Positions 39,301 to 47,744 of a DNA stretch of 64,000 bases are shown here, one piece after another. Made by a program: the position numbers and the translations under genes. The stretch comes from a virus. Within the stretch, counting starts at the first letter, position 1. Every line of letters begins with the position of its first letter. The notes under the pieces are model-generated. The model saw only the letters and a list, made by a program, of their open reading frames with translations, searched no databases and was not told the origin of the DNA. The stretch lies in the IMG/VR virus record IMGVR_UViG_3300045988_037736, positions 37,472 to 101,471 of that record; one strand, 5' to 3'.

Positions 39301-40709
39301 TCATAGCAATCAGAGCATTGTATGTAACCATTAAAAGCTTTATACCTTGCTCTGCTCTTAGATATCTTGGTGTTATATCCAAGACTTCTAGCTATAAAAT
39401 CCACATCTTCGATTAGTCTTTTTGAAATAGAATTTAGTGTAGGTACTCCTCCATGTATAGAGCCATCTGTATCAAATAGCCCTTTTAGGACTTTTAATCT
39501 TACATCCCTTGAGTTGTACTTGTATTCTTCAGGAATAAACTTATCTATAGATTTTGCATTATTCAGTCCATAAGACTGCAGGATACTATTCCAATTAGGA
39601 ATATGTACTCTATAAGAATATTTACCTGCCCACTTAGTATATTTGTAGGGAATATAGTTCTTTTCTATATCAAAGTCCTTATCTATTTGGGTAAAATAGC
39701 AAGAACCATGCCTAAAGCACCCATCCCCTAATAGAAGTCCAAATGTATAAGGTTCTACCAGAGTATCTTTATATGGCAAGTTTATTCCTTCATTCCCAGG
39801 AATGAAACAGTTATATTCAATACCAGAAGGAATCCTATAAGAGGGAGTTCTATTAGTCTTGTAATTAGACAATAGCCAAGCTGTATTGACTGTCATATTC
39901 TTCCCCTTCCTCTCTATATTCCATAAGTGGTCATCAGTAGCAAACACCGTTCTGCCATCCCTAAGAGTTATCTTGTAGTAAGGAGAGACTTGGTCGTAAG
40001 GTATATCTATAACAGTACAGACAGAATTATCTGTAGCATATAATTTATCTCCTATCTTAATATCCTTCCACAGCTTCCATCCTTCTGGGGTAAACACCTT
40101 CTGGAAATAGGGGTGAGCACCCCTCTTTGCAAGTTCTATGGCATGTTTACCAGCCTCTCTTGCTTGATGAAGATAGTGAAATCTCCAATAGATTCCTTCA
40201 AAGAAGAAGGGGAAAGACTCAACTCTGACAGCTTTCCTTGTGCCAGAAATTACCTTATTTACCATCATGGGACAGTAATTAAGAAACCAATAAAGGAATC
40301 CTGTGACCCATTCTCCATCACTCTCCCTTACATAACCCTCTCTACATCTCCTCATCTCCTCATCCCAGTGCTTTCTGTATTCACTGTTAGGATTAGAATT
40401 TGGTCTTAGAAAAGTATAGCAGCCATGCTTCATAAAGTGTAAGGCTGGTTGTCTGAAATAATCCATATCCTCAAGTATATGAGGATTGGCAAGGTCTACT
40501 ATAATCCTTCCTTGCTCATCTCTTGGTCTATCCTTAGCATATACCCTATTAGGAGAGATAAGTCTTTTTATAAGTTCTACACTATTTATAGTGTCCAATA
40601 ACTCCTCCTTGACCTCCTCAGGTAAAGACCCAAGGAGTTCATCAGTCAAGGGGGTCTGGTACTCATTCATTTCAATAGCCGAGGTATTCTCCATAGATAA
40701 TATCTTCAA
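36303..40709 (-). CDS. terL: Terminase large subunit (TerL) precursor containing two LAGLIDADG inteins, with TAG codons at 38043 and 36933
   Basis: Three ORF pieces (38043..40709, 36933..37973, 36303..36818) share one frame and are joined only by TAG codons. Intein 1 (~39096..40118): N-terminal splicing blocks (TPEGWKLWKDIKIGDKL; FATDDHLW), LAGLIDADG motifs (LLLGDGCFRHGS, LKGLFDTDGSI), and ends ITTHN|C. Intein 2 (~37524..38645): starts G|CVCAGTKVWTLDG, block B CSTDHPILT, LAGLIDADG motifs (LVGMLIGDGSYG, LSGLYDTDGSI), and ends IVTHN|T. The extein has a P-loop-like AKRG...CAKS and a Walker-B-like WILFEE. Confidence 0.7.
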
Positions 40710-41085
40710 GTATTGTTCTGTCTTTGTTGTTAAATGACTTGCCGTCTATAATAAGACTGAATAGTCCTGTAACAAATTCAGACTCTATATCCTTAATAAA
40801 ACTTTCCTGTACATTAGGAGGAATGTTACTTATATTGACCTGCTTGGTCAAAGTGAGAAGTCTATGCTTCGAGTTATTACCAACTACCCATAGTATATAT
40901 TCATATCTCCTATATGACTTAAAGGTAGGATGAGGTTCTATAACTCTCTGTAGAACAAGATGTTCTTGATTACTTGGAATAACCTGAAGGTCTCTCCTCT
41001 TATTGAATATATGCACATTAAGTGACTCAATTACATCTTCAAGTGTCATATTACAAATCTTCATACATTGCTTTTTCCTGAGCAC
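40672..41085 (-). CDS. Hypothetical protein (137 aa), possible small terminase or DNA-binding protein by position
   Basis: Intact ORF immediately upstream of the terminase large subunit. Confidence 0.35.
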   Translation of the reverse strand: MLRKKQCMKICNMTLEDVIESLNVHIFNKRRDLQVIPSNQEHLVLQRVIEPHPTFKSYRRYEYILWVVGNNSKHRLLTLTKQVNISNIPPNVQESFIKDIESEFVTGLFSLIIDGKSFNNKDRTILEDIIYGEYLGY

Positions 41086-41593
41086 CTCTTACCTTATTGC
41101 TCTGAGCAATTTCCTTGGCAATAGCTGCTTCAGCTTCATTCAAATCTTTCACAAGAGTAGGAATCTGCTTGATAGTTGCAGTGATAGTATTGAGAGTATA
41201 GATAGGTTTACCCTTATCATCAAGGGCACCAAGGTCTATTTCCCTCAATAGAGTCCTCAGCTTATCAACTGCCACTCTGGTATCTTCAAGAAGTAATGCA
41301 GATGCTGGCTTGAAAGTCTTATAGAACTCCATTGCCTCAAGTACAAGGTTATCAGGCTCCCAGTCATTAGGTAAGCCTTCACCTTCCTTAATAGAAGCCT
41401 TCCTACTTTCCTCATCTATAATGTACTGATAGTCACTTCTTGGGTCAGCCATAAAATATATGTAGGAAATCTCGGCTATTGCTCTATTTTTGTTTGCAGA
41501 CCTGTCCCTGTTCCATATCTTCTTAAAAGGAGTTAATGCTAAAGCTTCAGGAGATATGATTACCTTATAACCTTCAAATTTAAGTAGTTTCAT
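41051..41593 (-). CDS. Hypothetical protein (~180 aa; real start MKLLKFEGY...)
   Basis: The ORF-track N-terminus overlaps the GIY-YIG gene; an internal ATG overlaps the GIY-YIG stop by ~14 nt (AATGAAACTACTTAA). Confidence 0.45.
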   Translation of the reverse strand: MKLLKFEGYKVIISPEALALTPFKKIWNRDRSANKNRAIAEISYIYFMADPRSDYQYIIDEESRKASIKEGEGLPNDWEPDNLVLEAMEFYKTFKPASALLLEDTRVAVDKLRTLLREIDLGALDDKGKPIYTLNTITATIKQIPTLVKDLNEAEAAIAKEIAQSNKVRGAQEKAMYEDL

Positions 41594-42245
41594 TTTTATA
41601 TTTCCATTTATAACCTCCAGCTGATGGTCTTTTACCTCTAGCACATCTTGATATGTGAGTCTCCAAAACTCCAGTATCTCTAGCTGCATCAGCTATTGAT
41701 GGGTATGTACAAATTATATTTCCTTCTTTATCACATTTAACTATTTCAATTAAGTCATGATAACTGTGATTAAGTCTCATCTTAAGCTTAGCCTCTTCAG
41801 ACTTAGGCTTTCCTTGTAAGGATAAACTTATCTTTAATTTATGCTCTATTGTGAGAGGAACACCTTTGAATCTGGAACTTACTAAGAGCTTAACATGCTC
41901 AGGTATCTTTTTACCTTTGCCTTTAACACTCATTTTTCTTCTAGTCTCTTCAGAATGCCTATATCCAAGAGACCCTTCCCCGCCATCAGTTATATTATAA
42001 GATATGCCTAGCTCCTTATATTCTTTAATTAAGGTTATCTCTAACAGATTAGCTTCCTCTTTAGTTAGTCCTTCTTTTATTATATCATGCTTAAAGTTAT
42101 CCCACCCATACTTTTCTATGGCTCTCTTAAAGATACCTGTTTTGTATCCTCTCCCCTCTTTCCATCTCTTTCCCACATTAAAAGAGGTCTGACCTATGTA
42201 GACCTTGCCATTAACTTTATTGGTGTGTTTATATACTGTGTACAT
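41580..42245 (-). CDS. GIY-YIG homing endonuclease
   Basis: GKVYIGQTS...R...EG...YNITDGG motifs. Confidence 0.8.
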   Translation of the reverse strand: MYTVYKHTNKVNGKVYIGQTSFNVGKRWKEGRGYKTGIFKRAIEKYGWDNFKHDIIKEGLTKEEANLLEITLIKEYKELGISYNITDGGEGSLGYRHSEETRRKMSVKGKGKKIPEHVKLLVSSRFKGVPLTIEHKLKISLSLQGKPKSEEAKLKMRLNHSYHDLIEIVKCDKEGNIICTYPSIADAARDTGVLETHISRCARGKRPSAGGYKWKYKNETT

Positions 42246-42295
42246 ATCAAAAAAAAATAGCCTGTACAGAACTTAATCTATACAGGCTTAGATTA

Positions 42296-42718
42296 TTAGA
42301 TTATGATGTCAGGAGGAGCTGTTACCAGATTGGATTTCTTAGGTTCCTCAATCTCATCATACTCTTCAATAATGAATTGAATATCTCTATCTTGAAGAAG
42401 CATGTAACTCTTACCATCCATCTCTACAATATCAAACCTGTATTCAAGGATTGGATTGCCTCCTTCAATGTCAGTCTTTATTGAGTTATCTTTATGCTTC
42501 TTTACGGCAAATCTTGTAGCATCTATGCAAACCAAGTCACCTGCCTTGATACCTCTGACTGAGTCACCAACTGCAACTACCTTCTGATACTCCTTTACAG
42601 TACCTTTCTGCTTTGTAGAGTCAATGATACCTCCAGAAGTGAGAGAGTCTGTCTCATACAAGTCCATTGTTGTAATGAGAGCAGTGAACATTGGCTTTAT
42701 TTTCTTTACTTTAATCAT
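42296..42718 (-). CDS. GroES/Hsp10-like co-chaperonin candidate
   Basis: ...TSGGIIDSTKQKGTVKEYQKVVAVGDSVRGIKAGDLV... resembles the GroES mobile-loop and beta-core pattern (SAGGIVL...GxVxAVGxG...xGDxV). Confidence 0.35.
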   Translation of the reverse strand: MIKVKKIKPMFTALITTMDLYETDSLTSGGIIDSTKQKGTVKEYQKVVAVGDSVRGIKAGDLVCIDATRFAVKKHKDNSIKTDIEGGNPILEYRFDIVEMDGKSYMLLQDRDIQFIIEEYDEIEEPKKSNLVTAPPDIII

Positions 42719-42982
42719 TCTTCTCCCTTAAATTTCTTATGTATTTATATCTTTCTTTTACCCTTTTAACTCTATCATAAGTACATGATAACTTACCAAG
42801 AGAGGGTATATTGAAGTTTGTCCTTAGTTTCTGAAACTCCTCTTCAGAAATATCCTCTTTAAGAGGTAGTCCTTGAATAGAATCCCTTATAAACTTCCAA
42901 TAAGACTTGTATACTTTATCCACTACTCTAGGTGGTAAGTTAAGTTCTTTAGATAATTGAGTTACAAGGTCATTGTAGTTCA

Positions 42983-43366
42983 TCAGCTGAGTTCAAAATT
43001 AAGAAGTAACCTGAAAGAACCTTGTTCTTCTGTGAGGTTTGGAATGAACTTTGGATTGATTCTGCCCTCAAGGATGACCTTGTTCTTTCTGAGTTTCCCC
43101 ATTATTACTTGAAAGTGGGGGAGAGAGATGTTACACCCCTCTCTCACCACTTTCTTTGTATCTTCACTCATCACAACCTTATCAAGGATGTCTTCATCAT
43201 GGATGACTTTACTAAGCTCATATCTCCTCTTAAGTAAGGAGGAAGCTACCTGCATCTCTCTGTCAGTAAGATTGTGAAAAGGTCTAAGGAACTCAAACCA
43301 AAATCTAAAGAAACCTGTGCTTAATGAAGTGGGGATTCTAATAACATTGTTCATTTTCCCCATCAT
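42983..43366 (-). CDS. Hypothetical protein (127 aa)
   Basis: Intact ORF. Confidence 0.4.
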   Translation of the reverse strand: MMGKMNNVIRIPTSLSTGFFRFWFEFLRPFHNLTDREMQVASSLLKRRYELSKVIHDEDILDKVVMSEDTKKVVREGCNISLPHFQVIMGKLRKNKVILEGRINPKFIPNLTEEQGSFRLLLNFELS

Positions 43367-43371
43367 AGCTT

Positions 43372-43671
43372 TTACTCCTTTTCAAGTTCTTCCTCTGTAG
43401 GTGTGGGAGTAGGAGGAGTCATAAGTTCCTCAATTTCCTTGGCACATCTTTCTACAAAATCAGGGCTAAACATAGCAGCAGACAGAGTAGGAGCAACTTC
43501 AAGTACCTTGAAGCAGTAGTCCAGTCTCTTGAACATATTGAACATATTAGCTTCCTGGAGCCTTGCTCCGAGCTGTTGTACCTGAGTGCTTAGATTACTT
43601 GCAATCTGCTCAAGTTGTTCATAAGTAAATCCCGTAGGCTGTTCAGCCATTTTTTCATTCTTCTCTTCCAT
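43372..43671 (-). CDS. Hypothetical protein (99 aa)
   Basis: Intact ORF with a TPPTPTPTEEE tail. Confidence 0.4.
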   Translation of the reverse strand: MEEKNEKMAEQPTGFTYEQLEQIASNLSTQVQQLGARLQEANMFNMFKRLDYCFKVLEVAPTLSAAMFSPDFVERCAKEIEELMTPPTPTPTEEELEKE

Positions 43672-43683
43672 TTTTATTTTGTA

Positions 43684-43929
43684 TTATAAACCCTTATCTA
43701 AAAACTTAAATCCATATTTCTCTTTGTACATCTTCTCCCATTCTTCTATACTTGTTGAAAGGACATCAGCTGAGCCACAGTCATCACAGTAAAGTAGGTC
43801 AGGAAGACCAGCATCTCTTATTTTAAGAGATAGGCAATGTTTGCAATAGAATACTGGTTCATTATTATATTTAGACTGCAAGTCTGCCTTTATCTCTGAG
43901 TTGCCCATATATCTCCTTTCTAAGTTCAT
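43684..43929 (-). CDS. C4 zinc-ribbon protein
   Basis: CKHC...CDDC motif pair; start placed at an internal Met to avoid overlap with the upstream ORF. Confidence 0.35.
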   Translation of the reverse strand: MNLERRYMGNSEIKADLQSKYNNEPVFYCKHCLSLKIRDAGLPDLLYCDDCGSADVLSTSIEEWEKMYKEKYGFKFLDKGL

Positions 43930-44287
43930 TAAAGGGCCTGCTGTTCTTTCTTGATGTCCTGTTATTGAAAGGTCTCTTTGGGTAAATGAACCCATAAATT
44001 GAAACATGACCTCTTCTCCAAGCCCTCTTTACAGATTTGAACTTTGACACTGCCTCAAACCTAAGTAGTGTGAGTTCCTTTACATTCTCTTTGTTCTCTT
44101 CCATGTTGTTCAATAGTAGTAAACCATTACATATCCTTCTCTTGAAGGAAGGATTGAAACCACATCCTCCCTAGGTATCTTATAATCATTGGCAAAATCT
44201 GCTAGCTCCCTGATAGTCTGAGCTTCAACAGCATTCATTATCTTTCCGTTCTTATACATATCTTCTCCCATAATATTTCGATTTAGT

Positions 44288-44358
44288 TGCGGGAGGAGGA
44301 CTCGAACCTCCGACCTTCAGGTTATGAGCCTGACTAGCTACCACTGCTAACACCCCAC
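44288..44358 (-). tRNA. tRNA-Met/Ile2 (CAT)
   Basis: Cloverleaf by eye: acceptor GTGGGGT..., anticodon loop CTCATAA, T-loop TTCGAGT. Confidence 0.7.
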
Positions 44359-44365
44359 AATATAG

Positions 44366-44436
44366 AGCAGGATAGGAGAATCGAACCCCCAAATCCACTT
44401 TGGAAGAGTGGCATTTTACCATTAAACTAATCCTGC
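44366..44436 (-). tRNA. tRNA-Gly (TCC)
   Basis: Anticodon stem CCACT/AGTGG, loop CTTCCAA; T-loop TTCGATT. Confidence 0.65.
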
Positions 44437-44445
44437 ACTTACTTG

Positions 44446-44518
44446 AGCTTCCTAGAGGACTCGAACCCCTGACATACTGAGTACAAAACAGTAGTTCTAC
44501 CAGCTGAACTAAGGAAGC
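44446..44518 (-). tRNA. tRNA-Thr (TGT)
   Basis: D-arm GTTC-AGCTGGTA-GAAC; anticodon loop TTTGTAC; T-loop TTCGAGT. Confidence 0.6.
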
Positions 44519-44852
44519 TTTCCTAAAGATTACTCAGGATTAATAAGTTTATTAAGTTCTTCTTTAAAAGTTTTGAGCCACTCTTTGTCTTGGTTGTTGG
44601 GGCTATTAAGAATAATTTTAGTCTGTGTTAGCACCATCCTAGCAATAGGGTGTGGTATCTTTACCTGTTCCATAATTATATTTTTTTTTATTTTCTAACA
44701 CTTATTTCATTTAATTTATCATAAAAATCAAGAACAAACTGTTCATCCTGCAACAGTGAGTTACTTACCTCTTTGTCAATCTGCTCTAGCTAGAGCATTA
44801 CATTGGACATAAACCATTTTAAAGCTTCCTTATTCATTGTGATTAAAGTTAG

Positions 44853-44924
44853 TCGCCCCACTCTGGCTCGAACAGAGACCAAAGGATTTAGAGTCCTCTG
44901 TGCTAACCATTACACCATGAGGCA
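44853..44924 (-). tRNA. Amber suppressor tRNA, anticodon CTA (reads UAG), tRNA-Gln-derived
   Basis: TGCCTCATGGTGTAATGGTTAGCACAGAGGACTCTAAATCCTTTGGTCTCTGTTCGAGCCAGAGTGGGGCGA. Anticodon stem GAGGA/TCCTT, loop C-T-CTA-A-A. The D-arm TGGTGTAATGGTYAGCACA is near-identical to tRNA-Gln(TTG) at 48934..49005. Confidence 0.75.
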
Positions 44925-45419
44925 ATATTTTATTAACAATGCAAAGGTATGAAAAATAATTTAAATTACCAAATAAATTGATAATAAATTTTTAATAAAA
45001 GTGTAAATAAAATGGAGATAATATAGCATAAGCTACGGTCATATACCAAGATTGATTAGACTCCAGGTCTACACTAGCAGTTCTTTCTTTTTGAACACCA
45101 AGAGAATATAATAAATTGTGAGTTCTCCATTCATTAAGTAAGCTAAACATAGTTCTGTTATTAATAGAACTGTATGGGTAAAATCTAGCTTTTAAATGAA
45201 TGAGAAACTACTTCATATCAGATAATGAAGTGATTTTATAGGAATCATAAATAGCTATATTATTATCAGATATGTCTACTTGATATTTCTGTTTATTATA
45301 CTAAACTGTGTATTTCATACTTTTACAAATAGTAAAGGGGTTATGATAACATGAATTACGCCACCTGAATATTTACAGTAAAACTCAATGTTATATAAAT
45401 ACTTAATTTCTTATTTCAG

Positions 45420-45506
45420 TACCCCCTGAGAGACTCGAACCCTCACACTACTATTACTTCATACTGGTTCCTAAGACCAGCGTGTCTACCATTCCACCAA
45501 GGGGGC
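45420..45506 (-). tRNA. tRNA-Leu (TAG)
   Basis: Type II tRNA; anticodon stem CTGGT/ACCAG, loop CTTAGGA; long variable arm. Confidence 0.7.
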
Positions 45507-45510
45507 ATTG

Positions 45511-45592
45511 TACCTCTGGAGGGATTTGAACCCTCAAGGATTAAATCCGAGGGATTTTAAGTCCCTTGTGTTTACCATTTCACCACAGAGGC
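45511..45592 (-). tRNA. tRNA-Leu (TAA)
   Basis: Type II tRNA; anticodon stem AGGGA/TCCCT, loop CTTAAAA. Confidence 0.7.
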
Positions 45593-45607
45593 TTATTGTC
45601 TCTCTTT

Positions 45608-46207
45608 TTAGAGAGAAGTATATTCTGCTTTAGCATCAAAACTTGGACATGCTTTATTTGCAAACTCCCTATGGCCATGTATTGTAGCATTAGGGTACTT
45701 TGCTTTAAGCTGTTTAAGAAGCTGTACTAGAGCAGCTTTTTGAGCTTCAGTTCTAGTATCTTTTGGAGTTTTTCCATCCTTGGCACATCCTCCGATATAG
45801 CATACTCCAATAGACATTGTATTGTGCCCAGTACAGTGTGCTCCAGATATAGCCTCTGGTCTACCAGCATGTATTGACCCATCTCTATAGATTACATAAT
45901 GATAACCTATATCAGAGAAACCTCTTTGAAGGTGCCATTGCTTAATCTGCGCAGTAGTAAAGTCCTCACCTTCAGGAGTAGCAGAACAATGAACTATAAT
46001 TTCCTTTATATTCCTCTTGTTCTGAGTTACATTCAGCTTAGACCATGTGTTATTTCCCACTATGCCATCTACAACAAGACCATTAGCCTTCTGAAATTCT
46101 TTGACTGCTTCTTCTGTGAGAGGTCCAAATATTCCATCATCTTTCAGATTAAGCTTCCTCTGAAGGAGCTTTACATTAGGACCTTTATCCCCTCTTTTTA
46201 TTACCAT
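45608..46207 (-). CDS. Endolysin: N-acetylmuramoyl-L-alanine amidase (PGRP/T7-lysozyme-type) with N-terminal peptidoglycan-binding domain
   Basis: PG_binding_1-like N-terminus (KGPNVKLLQRKLN...DGIFGPLTEEAVKEFQ); amidase_2 zinc ligands and motifs (HCSAT...GYHYVI...AHCTGHN...C). Embedded in the tRNA array. Confidence 0.85.
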   Translation of the reverse strand: MVIKRGDKGPNVKLLQRKLNLKDDGIFGPLTEEAVKEFQKANGLVVDGIVGNNTWSKLNVTQNKRNIKEIIVHCSATPEGEDFTTAQIKQWHLQRGFSDIGYHYVIYRDGSIHAGRPEAISGAHCTGHNTMSIGVCYIGGCAKDGKTPKDTRTEAQKAALVQLLKQLKAKYPNATIHGHREFANKACPSFDAKAEYTSL

Positions 46208-46230
46208 ATCTTTCTCTTTTTACTATGTAG

Positions 46231-46304
46231 TGGAACCTCAGGGAGTCGAACCCCAGCCCTCAGAGCTTCAATCTGATGTGACAAACCATCTACACCAAAG
46301 TTCC
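46231..46304 (-). tRNA. tRNA-Phe (GAA)
   Basis: Anticodon stem TCAGA/TCTGA, loop TTGAAGC; T-loop TTCGACT. Confidence 0.6.
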
Positions 46305-46369
46305 AATATTATCTATTCAGGTCTCTACCCCTGTCAGGCTTATAGATAAAAGCCAAAGTTCTATTGAAG

Positions 46370-46450
46370 TGGGAGCAAAAGGACTCGAACCTATGAACTC
46401 TTAGAGGGTTGATTTACAGTCAACTGCGATTGCCGCTACGCGATACTCCC
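46370..46450 (-). tRNA. tRNA-Tyr (GTA)
   Basis: Anticodon stem GTTGA/TCAAC, loop CTGTAAA; long variable arm. Confidence 0.65.
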
Positions 46451-46632
46451 ATATTTATTATCAAATAACTTGTCAGAGAGGAAGGAGGAACTATCCTTAA
46501 GGGACAGGTATAAATACATCACCTGTACACCTTATAGAATAGTTCTCAGCAGTCATTCTAAAATAAGCTTTGACTGCTTTCTTAATAAATCTAAGTACTC
46601 TCATAACACTGTTATTTAATTAAAATGTTATG

Positions 46633-46704
46633 TCTTCCTACAAGGATTTGAACCTTGAACCTTCTGATTAAGAGTCAGTAGCTCTACCATTGAGCTATAG
46701 GAAG
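46633..46704 (-). tRNA. tRNA-Lys (CTT)
   Basis: D-arm GCTC-AATGGTA-GAGC; anticodon loop CTCTTAA (one mismatch at the base of the stem); T-loop TTCAAAT. Confidence 0.55.
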
Positions 46705-46816
46705 TGGTAGAAGGGTATTTGTTAAGGAGTTATTTATCCCTTCCTTCTCCTTAGTAGTCAATTGTAGCTGTTTTTACGGAGGTTTTTCCATGGATAGACT
46801 ACCTGCTCCTCCAAGG

Positions 46817-46888
46817 ACTCTAGGGTGGGAATTGAACCCACAAATACTGGTTTTGCAGACCAGCTCCTAACCATTCGGAATCCTAGAG
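46817..46888 (-). tRNA. tRNA-Cys (GCA)
   Basis: Anticodon stem CTGGT/ACCAG, loop CTGCAAA; T-loop TTCAATT. Confidence 0.6.
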
Positions 46889-46946
46889 ATATAGACATAG
46901 CAGTTTGAAACCACCCCAGGGACTACTATGCCACTCATGAGTATTG

Positions 46947-47023
46947 TATGGATGGCAGGGCTTGAACCTGCGTGTGACCAACTACCCTTTCTAGTGTGTA
47001 TAAGACACAGGGGATACATCCAT
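46947..47023 (-). other. Atypical tRNA-like gene (good acceptor and T-arm; no canonical D-arm; candidate anticodon TAT)
   Basis: ATGGATG-TA-TCCCC-[TGTGT-CTTATAC-ACACA]-23-nt region containing AGTTGGT-[GCAGG-TTCAAGC-CCTGC]-CATCCAT-A. The acceptor pairs 7/7 and the T-arm is canonical; the interior is non-canonical. Confidence 0.35.
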
Positions 47024-47030
47024 ATGTTGG

Positions 47031-47102
47031 GGTGCTAGGTGAGAATTGAACTCACATCTTCCACATTCACAGTGTGGTGCTTTACCATTAAGCTACTAGT
47101 AC
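47031..47102 (-). tRNA. tRNA-His (GTG)
   Basis: Anticodon stem CCACA/TGTGG, loop CTGTGAA; discriminator C. Confidence 0.6.
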
Positions 47103-47104
47103 AG

Positions 47105-47178
47105 TTGGGATAGTAGGACTTGAACCTACGGTCTTCTGAATATCAGTCAGATGCTTTAACCATCTAAGCTATATCCCA
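47105..47178 (-). tRNA. tRNA-Ile (GAT)
   Basis: Anticodon stem TCTGA/TCAGA, loop CTGATAT; D-arm GCTT-AGATGGTTA-AAGC. Confidence 0.7.
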
Positions 47179-47184
47179 ATGTGG

Positions 47185-47256
47185 CAAAGGTGGAAGGAAT
47201 CGAACCCTCACTTGTGAATTTGGAGTTCACTGTGCTACCATTAACACTACACCAAT
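47185..47256 (-). tRNA. tRNA-Trp (CCA)
   Basis: Anticodon stem GTGAA/TTCAC, loop CTCCAAA; acceptor has two weak pairs. Confidence 0.55.
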
Positions 47257-47265
47257 GAGTAATGA

Positions 47266-47742
47266 TTATTTTCTTTTGTTTTTACCTGCGTATGTACTTG
47301 TCTGTGAATGACAGTTAGGGCATAAGAATCTTAAATTCTCTAATCTATGGTCATTATTTATACCATTTATGTGGTCTAGATGTAGAGATAGTGGCTGACC
47401 ATTCCACGAGGATATACCACATTTACTGCATTCATATTTTAGCAACTTATTGTCTATAAGCCTTCTTTTAAGTGAAGCTATATTAGCATAGCTACTATTC
47501 TTTACTAGTATGTTCTCAATGGGATATACTTGCGTTGGAGATTTTATGCTTACATCTCCAAAGTGAGATGTTGAACATCCTAGTTCTTGGATTCTTCTTT
47601 TCAAGACATCTTGTGAAGAATCCCCTTTAGTAGTTAGTCCTAATGCTCTCAGGGTATCAGAGTAACTATTAACTCTATTTATTAAATTTATAAACTCCTT
47701 ATCAGAGATACTATATACTTTACTTGTACCTTTTCTTCTCAT
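47266..47742 (-). CDS. HNH homing endonuclease
   Basis: C-terminal CxxC...H-N...H...CxxCH (ECSKCG...HLDHINGINNDHRLENLRFLCPNCH) HNH zinc-finger nuclease motif; within the tRNA array. Confidence 0.8.
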   Translation of the reverse strand: MRRKGTSKVYSISDKEFINLINRVNSYSDTLRALGLTTKGDSSQDVLKRRIQELGCSTSHFGDVSIKSPTQVYPIENILVKNSSYANIASLKRRLIDNKLLKYECSKCGISSWNGQPLSLHLDHINGINNDHRLENLRFLCPNCHSQTSTYAGKNKRK

Positions 47743-47744
47743 AG

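Noticed and set aside
41593-41689. N-terminal 32 aa of ORF 41051..41689
   Set aside because: Overlaps the GIY-YIG gene by about 110 nt. An internal ATG (MKLLKF) gives a short overlap of about 14 nt with the GIY-YIG stop, which is the more plausible start.
46633-46704. Reading tRNA-Lys(CTT) as an ochre suppressor (loop TCTTAAT, anticodon TTA)
   Set aside because: The alternative stem register leaves two or more mismatches; the CTCTTAA/CTT register pairs 4 of 5.
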